The notes under the pieces are model-generated. The model saw only the letters and a list, made by a program, of their open reading frames with translations, was not told where the DNA came from and ran no database searches. Positions 12,098 to 25,589 of a DNA stretch of 64,000 nt are shown here, in pieces; position 1 is the stretch's first letter, and every line of letters starts with the position of its first letter. Source of the stretch: Octopus sinensis (Eukaryota); the NCBI RefSeq assembly GCF_006345805.1, contig NC_043013.1, forward strand, positions 12,214,001-12,278,000, read 5' to 3'. The position numbers and the translations under genes were made by a program.

Positions 12098-12262
12098 ACG
12101 GCGGACTTCATTTTCCATCTACCAAATCCACTCCCAATGTTTTGTGTCTTCCATTATAACCAATGGCTATAGTGATACACACGTTCAAAGTGTCATCTCG
12201 GGTGACTGAAACTGGGGCCAAGTGGTTGGGAAGCAAACTTCTTATCACACAGCCACAATTGC
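12098..12262 (-). mobile_element. SINE family A, 5' fragment
   Basis: Diverged match to 15447-15862. Confidence 0.75.
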
Positions 12263-12275
12263 ATATTCTTTGATT

Positions 12276-12462
12276 CAATTACTTGTTTCAGCCATTTGCC
12301 AGCAGCCATGCTGGAGCACCGCCTTTAGTCGAACAAATTGAACACAGGACTTCTTTGTAAGCCTAGTACTTATTGTATCTGTCTCACGTAAACACACCAA
12401 CACACCAATATCAGTTGTCAAGCAATGGTGGATGGAAGACAAATACAAAAATATATACATAC

Positions 12463-12494
<32 letters not shown>

Positions 12495-12704
12495 ATATAT
12501 ATACATACATATATATACACACATATATATATATATAAACCCCACGGCTTCTTTTAGTTTCCATGTACCAGATCCACTCACAAGGCTTTGGTCGCCACGA
12601 GGCTATCGAGAAGACACTTTCCCAAGGTGCCACACGTTTGGACTGAACACGGAACCATGTGGTTAGGAAGCAAGTTCCTTACCATACACACACTCATTGC
12701 CTAT
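12276..12704 (-). mobile_element. SINE family A, near full length
   Basis: Head, CORE-like segment, internal (TA/TG) tract and tail GGTGCTCCAGCATGGC are present. Confidence 0.88.
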
Positions 12705-12705
12705 A

Positions 12706-12762
<57 letters not shown>

Positions 12763-13151
12763 TATATATATGTATGTATATTACATACAAATATATTTAC
12801 ATGCAATTATATGGCTATTAGAAAATATACGCTAGCATACACATGGGTGGGCAGAATGAAGTATGATTGATATGTTTCTTTCTGACATGTTTCATTTGGA
12901 TAAAAAAAAAACTAAACATTTGTTGACCAGTCTCATGTTCATCCCCTTGTAGTTGTCACGTTCTGAAAAGAAACTAAAATAATAACACGACTATATACTT
13001 AAAGACTGCATAAATACTTGCAGAAAAATACATACGTACATACATTCATACATACATACATACATACATATATACATATGCACGTACATGCATGCATACA
13101 TACATACAAATATGCATACATAGATACACACATATATACACATACATTTAA

Positions 13152-13198
<47 letters not shown>

Positions 13199-13769
13199 AT
13201 ATATAATATAATAACTATATTTATACTTATATCTACCTATATAAATATCTGTCTGTCAATCTATATGCAGGCGTGTGTGTGTGTGTGTACGTATATATAT
13301 ATATATAGAGAGAGAGAGAGGGAGAGAGAGAGATTGTGGGGCATCTGTATTTTTTTGCGCATTTCTACCTTGTGTATACATACGTATATACATATGTACA
13401 TATATATATATGTATACATAAATATCCATATATATGTACATGTATGTATGTATGAATGGATGGATGGATGGATGGATGGATATAATTCTATGCTTATGAG
13501 TGTGTACAGTCTTTATATATTTGCAAACTTCATATGTATGCAATCTTAATGTTTGTGTGTGTGTATGTATGTATATATACCTAATAGATATATTATAAAT
13601 ATATTCAAATATATATATAAAATTATATATATATATATATATAGATATATATATATATATACATATATATATACATATGTATATATATAAATGTATATAT
13701 ATATAGATATATATTATATATATATACAAATATATGTACATATATATATATATACATATATGTGTGTGT

Positions 13770-13800
<31 letters not shown>
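12705..13800. repeat. TA/CATA/TG/GA microsatellite field
   Basis: Read directly; short unique spacers. Confidence 0.85.
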
Positions 13801-13802
<2 letters not shown>

Positions 13803-13815
13803 ATAAATAATGTTC

Positions 13816-14087
13816 GATGAGAGATGAAATAAAGTATAAAGAGTACAAGTGTTTTAATGGGTGCTTAAGAACTTCTAAAGATAAGCTTGGACCCAAAATT
13901 TCAATATCTTGAAAAAATATTTGAAATCATTGTGTTATTTTAGTGGAAAATTCATTTTCATAAATGCAAATCTGTTATTTTGACTCTGATGTTTTACACT
14001 TTAATTTTCCTATCACTTGTATTGTTATGTTCGGTGTCAATTTAATTTAATTTTTTTTCCTATATGTAGCACTCTTATTTTAGCTTC
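13816..14087 (+). repeat. AT-rich ~270-bp repeat, inverted partner of 19858-20120
   Basis: GATGAGAGATGAAATAAAGTATAAAGAGTACAAGTGTTTTAATGGGTGCTTAAGAACTTCT matches the reverse complement at ~20060-20120. Confidence 0.9.
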
Positions 14088-14140
14088 GGGTACAGGATAT
14101 TTGAAATTTGTAATGCGTGTATGATTGTGTGCTTATAAAT

Positions 14141-14201
<61 letters not shown>

Positions 14202-14233
14202 ATATCCATTCATATGTATATACACAAATATAT

Positions 14234-14287
<54 letters not shown>

Positions 14288-14509
14288 TATATGTTCCTTA
14301 TGATCTGCGTATGTGTTTATGAAGCTTTCTATCTATTCTGTCCTCAATTATATATACTACTAGTTACCTATCAATCAAAGTATCTGCCATTCTTCCCCCT
14401 CTGTCTCTGTCTACTAATGTTTATATCTGTTTTGGTAAATTTTAGTCATCTAATTTATTGATAGAAAGACAGGCAGATAGACAGACAGACAGACAGACAG
14501 ACAGGCAGT

Positions 14510-14581
<72 letters not shown>

Positions 14582-14776
14582 CATGTATACATAAATAGGT
14601 AGGTAGATAGTTAACTAGATAGATTCATAGATAAATATATACAAATATACATATTTATATATAAGTATATATATATATGTGTGTGTGTATATATGTACAT
14701 ATATATATACATATATATACATATATATTCAGTCACAGAACCTACATACACATACTCATACACACATATATGTGTG

Positions 14777-14815
<39 letters not shown>

Positions 14816-14927
14816 TATGTATATGTACATACACACACACATATACGTATATATAAGTATGTATATGTGTGTGTATATGTGTATATTTGTATATAAACAT
14901 ATAATTATATACGTATATATATATGTG

Positions 14928-14968
<41 letters not shown>

Positions 14969-15446
14969 TTGTAAAGAGAGAGAGATATATATATATATGT
15001 AAGTTTTTTGCATATATAGTTATAGATATATGTATATATATTCTCACTTACAGAACCCCACACGTGCATACGTACATCCATGCATTTACAAAGATACATA
15101 TCGATTCACAGCCCATTTACGTTGGAATTCAAACATAATTTTAGATAGTAATGTCCCTTCATAGCGGAGCAATATAACATATAGCATGGCCGGTTATGAA
15201 GTGACAGAGTTTATGATTTAATATGTCTTCGGGAATTACTCCTAGAATCCACAGAGACCAACAAGATCTAAGTACTTACTTAGATGTTTGTTTGTTGTTT
15301 GTGTTCTCTCAACACACAGTGATATTGAAGATATAAAGTGAGATAAAGAAATAAGATCTTGTGTGTACACATATTTATATATATATATACATAGATATAT
15401 ACATACATATATATGCATACATATATATATATGCATACATATATAT

Positions 15447-15862
15447 AGGCGTAGGAATGGCTGTGTGGTAAGTAGCTTGTTTACCAACCACATGGTTCCG
15501 GGTTCAGTCCCACTGCGTGGCACCTTGGGCAGGTGTCTTCTACTATAGCCTCGGGCCGACCAAAGCCTTGTGAGTGGATTTGGTAGACGGAAACTGTAAT
15601 AGGCCGTCGTATATATGTGTATATATATATATGAGTGTGTATGTGTTTGTGTGTCTGTATTTGTCCCCCCAACATCACTTGACAACCGATGCTGTTGTAT
15701 TTACGTCACCGTAACTGAGCGGTTCGGCAAATGAGACCGATAGAATAAGTACTGGGCTCACAAAGAATAGGTCCTGGGGTCGATTTGCTCCACTAAAGAC
15801 GGTGCTCCAGCATGGCCACAGTCAAATGACTGAAACAAGTAAAAGAGTAAAAGAGTAAAGAG
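15447..15862 (+). mobile_element. SINE family A, full length (tRNA head, CORE-like segment, internal microsatellite, (AAAAGAGT)n tail)
   Basis: A box TGGCTGTGTGG, B box GGTTCAGTCCC, CACCTTGGGCAGGTGTCTT, repeated tail. Confidence 0.95.
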
Positions 15863-15908
<46 letters not shown>

Positions 15909-16115
15909 TATATTATATTGTGTATATATATATACGTATGTATTGTATATATAGATATGTATATATATATATCCATATATATATATACGTATGTATACGT
16001 ATATGTATACATATTTGCTTGTATGTATGTGTGTGTCACTGAGTGTATATATGCACATGTATATATTCATGGGTGTGGGTTGTTCGTTTTTATCCATTTA
16101 TTTGAATGTATATTT

Positions 16116-16425
16116 GTGTGTATATGTATGTTTCTTTGTGTATGACATTAATATAGATATATATATAGACACATATAAATATATATATATGCATGTTTGT
16201 ATGTGCCTATATATAATATATATGTTCATATGTTCATATATGTATATGAATGTATATATATGTATATATATATATAATGTATATATGTGTGTGTATGTAT
16301 GTTTCTTTGTGTATGACATATATATATAGATATATATATACACATATAAATATATATATGCATGTTTGGATGTGCCTATATATAGTATATATGTTCATAT
16401 GTTAATATGAATGTATATATATATA
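16116..16425. repeat. Tandem duplication of a ~175-bp microsatellite-rich unit
   Basis: GTATGTTTCTTTGTGTATGACAT...GCATGTTTG.ATGTGCCTATATAT occurs twice. Confidence 0.75.
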
Positions 16426-16856
16426 TGCATGTATGAATATGCATACATACATACTTCCATATATATTATCTTTTATCTATCAGTAGTTTCAGTAAGCTGC
16501 GGTCATGCTGGGGCACCGACTTGAAGAATTTAAGTCGAACGCATCGAACATAGTACTTATTTTCTTTCAAGTCTGGTAATTATTCCATCGGTGTGCGTGA
16601 CAAAGAAAGACACAGATACATTCTGACACATTTCCCATAAACACACCTCTATAAGACTGACAAGGTGGGTTAAGTTTTTAACCCTTGGTGACGAAGTACT
16701 GGGTCGCTGATGAACATCAAATCAAATCTGAAATCATCTGATCATATGACTATCTCGCTTGCCTAAGGAAGCTTGTATCCCTGGTCAGACGTTAGAAAAG
16801 TGCGCTCACGTGGCTAAGAGTTGTTTTGACTCTCTGTCTATATATATATATATACG

Positions 16857-17125
16857 TGGAGGCGGCAATGGCCCTGTGGTTAGGGCAGCGGTTTCGAGGT
16901 CATAGGATCGCGGTTTCGAGTATGAGTGTTTACTGAGTGAAAACCATTAAAGCTCCACGGGGCTCCGGGTGTTTTACTGTTTCTGTTGTACCTGTATTTC
17001 AACGGGCCAGCCTTGTCAGCAACATGTCTGTAGAGCACTCAGTCACACACACGTTAATTTCACGAGCAGGCAGTTCCGTTGATTGGATCAACTGGAACCT
17101 TTGTCATCTTAACCGATGGAGTGCC
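16857..17125 (+). mobile_element. SINE family C2 with internal deletions
   Basis: C head plus the C2 body as in 55430-55812. Confidence 0.85.
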
Positions 17126-17187
17126 GTAGTGACCTATATATATATATTTATGTATGTGTGTGTGTGTACATGTATATATATAATATA

Positions 17188-17230
<43 letters not shown>

Positions 17231-17233
<3 letters not shown>

Positions 17234-18936
17234 CGATCTGGGCTGTATCAGTGATGTCAACCCCCCAACCCTATATCGGACATAACGTTTAGTGCCCCTG
17301 ATGTCTTAGCGGCGATAAATGAAATAAAACACAATTCAGCAGTAGGCCCCGATAGTTTCCCTGCTTGTGTCCTGAAGGTGTGGCGACACCAACTTGCATC
17401 TCCCCTTGCTAATCTGTGGAGAAACTCACTGGATGCTGGCTATATTCCAAAAAACCTTCTGTCCCAGTCTGTTGTCCCAGTTTTCAAAAAGGGAAACAAG
17501 TCCCTTGCAGTGAACTACCCGTCCGATCTCACTCACCTCTCTATCATCAAGGTATTTGGAGGGTGGTGAGATCTCGAATAACCCAATTTTCTGGAAAGCA
17601 ACAGCGGCTGATCTCTAACCAACTTGTTTCCGTAATGGAAGGGACTGCCTAACGCAGCTCCTGCATCACTTTGATGACATTTTTGAGAGCTTTGGGAGAG
17701 GGCTCCACCCGATGTCATCTACCTGATTTCATAAGGCCTTCGACAGGGGCGATCACAAGATCCTATTGAAAAACTAATACAACATTGGTGTCTCTGGAAA
17801 GTTACTGAAATGGATCAAGTGTTTCTGACAGACAGATCTCAACATGTTGTAGTTGAAGGGGTAAAATCAAGCCCAGCCAAAGTCAGTAGTGGCGTTTCCG
17901 CAAGGCACTGTGCTGGGGCCCACTTCTTTTCATCATCTACATTAATGACATCAATGACATCATCAATCAACAGCAACATAAAAATCTTGCAGATTGATTC
18001 CAAGCTACAGAAGTCATAATGAGGCGAGTGACCGACATGCCTTCAGTCAGATTACTGCTGTTATCCAATGGGCAGAAAAAAACAATATGCTGCTGAACGA
18101 GGGATAATTTTTGATTTAATCCACTTTGGAAAGGGAGGCCCTGAAACTCCCATACTCCCTTTCCTTCAGGTGAAACTCTCGCGGCGTCCAACATCAGAGA
18201 CTTGGGAGTAATAAGCTGGGCCACTCATATAAACACCAAAGTTTGACATGGCACGCAGAATGTGTTCCTGGATTCTCAGAACTTTCCAGTCGAGAGATAT
18301 CCACACCATATCCTTTTCTTCTCCACTTTTGCCCGACCCCACCTTGAATACTGTTTTCCACTGTGGTCTCTCCCCACACATACAAAGTATCATAAAAGTT
18401 GAAGCACCTCAAAGGGCAATCACAAGAAAGATAGATGCATTACAGGCCTCGACTATTGGGGTCGACTAGAAAAGCTAAAACTTTATTATCCTCCAACGTC
18501 GTCCGTGAGCGCTACCATCATCTGCAGATGTGGAAAATATTCCATCAGCATTGCCCAATGATGTTGGCATCACCTTTAAGGTACATCCAAGGCTTGGGCC
18601 CCGTGCCATCCGCCCAAACAAAAATCGCACTCTCATCTCATAACAACAATACGGCACAATTATTTCACCTCAATTGGCCCCGCTCTCTTTAACATTACAC
18701 CAAACACATTAAACAGAAACTATGACCCTATAGGGTTCAGAAGTCTTTGGACAGATTCCTTCAAGAAATCCCGGATAAACTACACCAGGATGTCTCTGTT
18801 AACAATAACTCTCTACTTGAGTGGGCCATAGTGCCCAATTCTGACTTGAAAGACTTCACCAGGTGGTGCTATTAAGTTAGACATGGCCTGGGCCAATAAT
18901 GGCCGAAACCTATCAAGTATCAAAGTATCAAAGTAT
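17231..18936 (+). mobile_element. 5'-truncated CR1/L2-clade LINE, RT pseudogene with 3' tail
   Basis: Peptides SAVGPD, VVPVFKKGNKSLAVNY, KAFDRGDH, WIKCFLTDRSQHV and frameshifted SGVPQGTVLGPLLF..YIND; tail (AAGTATCA)n; flanked by (TA)n. Confidence 0.95.
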
Positions 18937-18974
18937 ATATTATATAGATATATATATAATATATATTATATAGG

Positions 18975-19100
18975 GATTTTCCTTGTGTCGTATGTCTTGT
19001 ACCCTGTTTTATCGTTGTTTTAAAAATGTCCTTTTCCACGGTTCTGTTTTTTATGTTTTCGTTCTCATTGTGTTCGACGTTTTTAATTGGTGTCCTGTAC
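18975..19100 (-). repeat. Dispersed repeat, related fragment at ~43507-43560 (+)
   Basis: GTACAGGAC...AAAAACGT.GAACA.AATGA.AAC in both; family not identified. Confidence 0.45.
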
Positions 19101-19184
19101 CTATATATGCATGTATATATACATATAGATGTAGGTACGTACATTATGTTGATGTATATATGCATATGTTTTATTTTTATTTTG

Positions 19185-19236
<52 letters not shown>

Positions 19237-19261
19237 ATATATATACATGCATATCTATGGG

Positions 19262-19355
19262 AGATTACTCTTTTACTCTTTTACTCTTTACTTGTTTCGT
19301 CATTTGAGTGCGACCATGCTGGACCGCCTTTATCGAGCAAATTGACTCCAGGACT
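19262..19355 (-). mobile_element. SINE A 3' tail fragment
   Basis: (TACTCTTT)n followed by CTTGTTTCGTCATTTGAGTGCGACCATGCTGG. Confidence 0.75.
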
Positions 19356-19482
19356 ATTTTATAACTCATATAATAGCGCTTGCATCTAATCTAGTAGTTT
19401 TGCCAGTTCTGAGTGCCTAATTTCTTCTAATATATATACCGGTACATCACCTATACTATCTTTATATATATATATATATATA

Positions 19483-19526
<44 letters not shown>

Positions 19527-19589
19527 TATATACATACATACAGCATACATATATATATATATCTTATATATGACAGAGAGATACATAGG

Positions 19590-19621
<32 letters not shown>

Positions 19622-19857
19622 CTGATTTATTGTTGATATTTACGTAGGTAGGGAATGATGTAGAAGATTCACAGCAGAAAAACGGGTATACACATACACA
19701 CTAGCATATATACAGAAATATGGACATATAGACGTATGTATGATTGTGTGAATGTATCTATTTATGTATAGACTAATATCAGTGTATACAGACATATATA
19801 TATACATACATACATACATACAATAAACAATGTATATATACTGAACATTTTACAGTT

Positions 19858-20120
19858 GAATCTAAAAAAAGAGTGCTATATATAGAAATGTAAAATTGTC
19901 ACTGAACATAACAATACAAGTGATACGAAAATTAAACTATAGAACATCAGAGTCAAAATAACAGATTTGCATTTATGAAAATGAATTTTCCACTGAAATA
20001 ACACAATGATTTCAAATATTTTTTCAGGATATTGAAATTTTGGGTTCAAGATAATCGTCAGAAGTTCTTAAGCACCCATTAAAACACTTGTACTCTTTAT
20101 ACTTTATTTCATCTCTCATC
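19858..20120 (-). repeat. Inverted partner of 13816-14087
   Basis: Alignment by eye. Confidence 0.9.
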
Positions 20121-20471
20121 ATACAATATATATACATACATATATACATACGCACAGGCATATATATACATACATATACGAGCATATTTATAAATATAAA
20201 AAGACACACAGTTATATATATATATACATATATACATACATATATATGTGTAGTCATAATGTTCAATATAATTAATACATATATGTGGATGTGCATATGT
20301 GAGTCGATATACCCTATGTATGTATATGTGCATTTAAGTATATACCCGTGTATTTAGATATGAATATGTATGTGTGTGTATGCATGTATGTATGTATTCT
20401 ATAAAGTAATATTATTACCATGAATCTATGAAATATTGATTTTCTTAATACCACTCTAGACTCGAACACAG

Positions 20472-20513
<42 letters not shown>

Positions 20514-20649
20514 AAAGCTTCTTTATATCATATCTCAAAGACCAAACGAGGACATTATATACATAAAATCATATTATATACTTATATACATACATACATA
20601 CGTATATACGTAAGCATGTACATACATATGTAGATCGTGACCGTCAAAT

Positions 20650-21060
20650 CATACTTTGAAGGCAAGGGGTTTACAATCCAAGATCTATATATTGCAGCAC
20701 ATTCCTAAAAATCAAACAAAATTACAAAGTGAAAACATGGAGCCCCAGGATGCAAATAAAAATGTTTATTATGCTACAACTCCTTGGAAGACGATACATG
20801 TGATAGGCAGCTACCCAAGTATTCTGTCAAAGTATTACCTGTAAATGTGTCAAGACGTTGTCGCTAAAACAATATACAATTTCATCCGAAAAGGAGACTA
20901 CCTTAGGATAAATATAGAAAATCTTCCTGTTATCGATTATATACATAAACATCAATACAAGAACTACTGGTAGTATATTCCCATTAATACGCCTAGTAAG
21001 TGCAAATATAACATCTTCAAAACAGTAGTCTGTGATAGACAAGAAAAATTATGTACTGTC
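20650..21060 (+). mobile_element. Relic of a restriction-like-endonuclease non-LTR element (R4/NeSL/R2 group), C-terminal region
   Basis: KCLLCYNSLED / HVIGSYPSILSKYYL*MCQDVVAKTIYNFI (decayed CCHC knuckle and RHD motif), then YW*YIPINTPSKCKYNIFKTVVCDRQEKLCTV (decayed KHNRPD..D..K region). Confidence 0.7.
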
Positions 21061-21084
21061 AAGGAGGACAACTACCTTTCAGAT

Positions 21085-21505
21085 ATAAAGCGACAGGATT
21101 TCTGGAGCCCGAAGAACTGGATTCTTCACGACGACGATACACCATCACTGAGATCTCACTCCTCATTTTCTCGCCAAAAGCAACATGGCATCGATTTCGC
21201 ACCCGCCCTATTCGCAAGAATTAGCTCTTGCGGATTTCCATCTCTTCTCCAAGATGAGAATGCAGGCTCAAAGGTCACCATTTTAACGCCGTTGCCGAGA
21301 TCCAAAGCGAATAGGAGAAATTCCAGGACTCGCCTATACAGAAAACAACTTCCAGGCCAGATTCCCAAAGTAGCAGGAACGCTGGGACCGGTGCATTGCT
21401 GCGCAAGGTAACTATTTCGAAGGAGATGAGGTTAAAACAGATAAAAAAGCTATTTATTTTTTATTAAACATAACTTGTCCGGGAATCTTTTGATGCCACA
21501 TCGTA
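21085..21505 (+). mobile_element. Mariner transposase 3' fragment with right TIR
   Basis: KNWILHDDD, HPPYSQELALADFHLF, ERWDRCIAAQGNYFEGD; TIR GTCCGGGAATCTTTTGATGCCACATCG followed by TA. Confidence 0.9.
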
Positions 21506-21788
21506 CAATTGGTAATAATCAAATCCTTTTAAATTGCATCAACATAAGGCACTGAAGATCCCCAATTTTCAGCACCGAATGACATGTATTCACAACATAA
21601 TGTGTTTCTTTTTTTAGCATTCACTTTTAGATATATAAAACGCCTTCACTCGTAATAGACTCTATAATTTTATATAATATACATGATTATTCACACTTGC
21701 AACAATTCAGTTCTACAGCAAATACTTGCAGTTTGTAGAAAATATTTTCGTATACTTCACACCTCATATATATATATATATATATAGG

Positions 21789-21844
<56 letters not shown>

Positions 21845-22157
21845 TTTTTCGAGATCAGCGACAGTTTTGTCGCTGGAAAAAGCAAACAGAATTTTGCAAG
21901 TGGAATGAGTTTTCACCACTAGCTGGTGATTATCACACACTGCAGACGGGTAGCTACCCAGCAGCAACCCGGGTTAGTGTGTATCACATAAGGCTAGAGA
22001 TGAGAGCGATGACTTCCCATCGCAAATACTAATCGGACACAGAGAGTGTGTCGTTAGCCAGTTGGAAATGTCTTCTTGGGGTTAAAAACAACAGTAACAT
22101 CGTCCTCTATTGGACTGCTACATTTAGTTGGCAAATATATTTTACGATATACATATA

Positions 22158-22238
22158 CTGAGGGCGTTATACTAATACATCTGTTGTTTTGTACACCACC
22201 TGTCTTCGTTTTTTGTTTTTCCAATGAACTCTCCCTAT
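22158..22238 (+). mobile_element. Family P2 terminal fragment
   Basis: Reverse complement of 10122-10201. Confidence 0.5.
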
Positions 22239-22289
22239 ATAATATCTATTATATATATATATATATATAATATATATATATATATAGTT

Positions 22290-22567
22290 ATCGCCAAGCT
22301 AATATGGCAGTCCAGAAATATAGGACGAATGCTGCCGTTGATTAGCTCCAAGAAGCCATCGCCATCGCCTCTAGCTACGTATGTGATACTCGAACCTGTG
22401 TCCATTATAACCTTCGAACAGGGGAGGTCAGCCGCTTTCCCTTGCTGGTCAGGCATCTGCAGACTAGATTCAGGATATTTGCCTCTCATCGATGCAGAGC
22501 AGCCGAACCCAGCTGTTTCTTTATTACGATAAAATTTATCATACATAGAGGGGACGGCATTGAACAT
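22290..22567 (-). pseudogene. Possible retropepsin-like aspartic protease fragment
   Basis: ORF contains KVIMDTGSSITYV...LELINGSIRPIFLDCHISL (hydrophobic-DTG motif plus an NG flap-like segment). No start or splice context is evident. Confidence 0.35.
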
Positions 22568-22582
22568 TGTTTGTAATGTCCT

Positions 22583-22789
22583 TGTACTTATTCTATCGGT
22601 TTCAGGGGCGTAAACACAGCAACGTCAGGCTTCTTTCAAACTCCGTCTGCGAAATCCACTCACAAGAATTTGGTCAGTCCGATGCTACAGTAGAAAACAC
22701 GTTCCCAACGCTCCATGCAGTGGGATTGAACCTGGAACTACGTGGTTGGGAAAGAAGCTTCTTAGCAGACAACCAAGCCTGCACCTATA
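22583..22789 (-). mobile_element. Degenerate SINE A
   Basis: CTTCTTTCA...AAATCCACTCACAAG...CAGTGGGATTGAACC. Confidence 0.7.
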
Positions 22790-22875
22790 TCTATAATTTC
22801 ATTCGTACACTATGTGTGCGTACATGTGTGTGTATTTTTTCTATCTATCCATCCATCTATATCTATCTATCTATC

Positions 22876-22980
<105 letters not shown>

Positions 22981-23601
22981 ATCCGTCAAACACAAACGTG
23001 TTGCGAGTAATAAGGAAGGGTCTTCCTTGTCATGCTGCTGTTGAGGTATCACATACTTATGTACGTTCATCAGAATTTACAAATACACATATAATCGAGC
23101 ACTCCACGTTATTTGAAATTTATGTCAATTTACTACAATTTTGGTTATATATTAATATCAAAAATAGAAACCATGTGATATTAGACATAAAAACACTTAC
23201 ACATCCAAGCATAAAACACATCAGCGAAACATGAATGGATGAAGAGAAGCATTGCATTACGTAATTACCAAAATATTAAACCATAAACGTAAGGTTTTTG
23301 AGGTTGGTATGCGATCGTAGAGGCACATTTACGCTGAATCCGTGCATGTAAATACGTACACACATGAACCACACTCGCACACACATATCCACACACACAC
23401 CCATATGTATTTATACAGTTATGTGTGTGTGTATGTGTATGTGTTAAAATATATATTATACACACACACACACATATATATAATATATGTAATATATATA
23501 TAATATATAATATGTATGTACATAATATATTATATATATAAGTTTGAAAAAATGCCAAACATACGGAGCTAGATAAAGATGTGTGTGTATATGTATGTAT
23601 G

Positions 23602-23651
<50 letters not shown>

Positions 23652-24224
23652 ATATATGATACATGCATATATGTATATATATGTATATTATATATATATA
23701 TATATATATATGTGTATATATATATATATTACATGTATATTTATGTATATATATGTATATATATATATGTGTGGGTGTGTGTGTGTGCTTATGTGGATTA
23801 ATAAAAAACAGGAGAAAGATGGCGGGAGATGAAATAGATAAAGTGATTATATTTTTGTATATCAGTACATATACGTGCGCGTGTGTCTATCCATTTTGAG
23901 TTTTTCAGTGAATGTGTGCGAGAGAGAGGTGAGAGAGGTGAGAGGAACAATGAAATAAAATGAGGGACTACGTGTAGTTAATATGTGTGAAGTAACAGTG
24001 CTTATTAACAAAAATAATAGGGGTGAAATATACATAATGTGACATCACAAATATTTACTATGAGCAATATAAAACTTAATGGCTGTTTCATTCGCATAAT
24101 AACTCTGCGGAGGTAAACATTCACAGAAATATATTGATATATAAGGGTGTGTATAGTGAGCGTGTGTACGTGCGTCTGGGAATGTGAGCATGTGTTGAGT
24201 GTTTGAGTCTGCATCTGTATGAGT

Positions 24225-24416
24225 CGTTATATGACTCTGAATTTGTGTATGTGTGCTTGTGTGTGTGCGTATTTGTGTGTGTGTGTGTGTGTGTGTGCGT
24301 GTGTATTTGTGTGTGTGTGGCATTGTGTGTGTGTGTGCATTTGTGTGTGTGTATTTGTGTGTGTGTGTGTATTTGTGTGTGTGTGTATATTTGTGTGTGT
24401 GTTTGTGTGTGTGTGT

Positions 24417-24456
<40 letters not shown>

Positions 24457-24457
24457 T
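24225..24457. repeat. Interrupted (TG)n microsatellite
   Basis: Read directly. Confidence 0.95.
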
Positions 24458-24469
24458 AGTTAAGTCAGT

Positions 24470-24690
24470 CCGAAAGGGAGCCACCGAGGGAGTCTAAAAG
24501 TGGTCACTGCACTGCAAGAAATAGCAGCTAATCTCTCTAAACTCACATTCCATCGTCTTAATCGTGGGGAGGAGATAGCTGATGATCTAGCGTTAGATAA
24601 AGATAAAAAATATGCGAGAGTCGCATCTGGAACGCCTTTGATCATAAATATGCTCTTTGAGGCTTGCAATGACTTAAAGTACCATTAACA
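24470..24690 (+). repeat. Dispersed repeat family E copy
   Basis: AAATAGCAGCTAATCTCTC...CTGGAACGCCTTTGATCATA...AACAACAAC; relatives at ~49245, 50710, 60095 (+) and 52276, 59190 (-). Confidence 0.6.
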
Positions 24691-25119
24691 ACAACATAAA
24701 CGAAAAGTAAACGAGTGTATAAATATATTGTGTAGATATATATATATACGCGCGCGCATATATGTATATATTGTATATGTATGTGTAACTTATGTTTATG
24801 AGGTTTTATATGCGTGTCTATGTATATATGTGTGTATCTGCGTTATTTTTATATCCGTCAGTATTCACGAGTAAACAACGTAGATCGAAAGTAAATAAAT
24901 GTATACATTACTGCGATGCGTATGTGTGTGTAAAAGTAATTGTGTATGTGTGTGTACATGTGTGTGTGTGTGTGTGCGATTGTCTTCGTGGATGAATGTA
25001 TGCATGTGTATGTGTGTGTATGCATATACGTGTTTGTGTGAGTAGGCGTAAAAATATGTGCGTGTGTGAGAGTGTGTTTATGTACATATACGCATGTATG
25101 TGTGTTAGTGTCTGTGTGT

Positions 25120-25155
<36 letters not shown>

Positions 25156-25589
25156 CTTTATGTGTGTGATCTACATAGATTACATATGTAAACAATATTC
25201 CTCGAAAGTAAACAGATGTGATACGTGATCGGGAGAGTGTGTATGTATAAATAAGGTATTATGCGTACATGAGTGTGTTAGTGTCTATGCATACGTACAA
25301 ACGTGTATCGATATCTCCATATGGATGTCTTTTATGGTTTTGCATTTCATCATTTACTTAGTGTGTATTTCTACGCATCACAATTCAATAAGATACAACA
25401 ATGCAGAATTTCCAAAGAATTGCTCAATGAGATGGTAAAGAAGGGATTACTGTGTTGGAAATGATGGATAATAAGATGTAAAAAGTACTGTACAGATGCT
25501 GCTACATTTCTAGTCATATTAGAGCATATAGTACGCACATTCTAACATAAAAGCCTATATATACATATATACATGTATATATATGGAAG

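Noticed and set aside
12900-12962. Strong minus-strand acceptor followed by RDNYKGMNMRL, loosely like a GT31 glycosyltransferase motif
   Set aside because: No good donor and phase-incompatible with the main model; the similarity is too short.
24500-24688. 62-aa ORF as a possible exon
   Set aside because: The sequence matches dispersed repeat family E.
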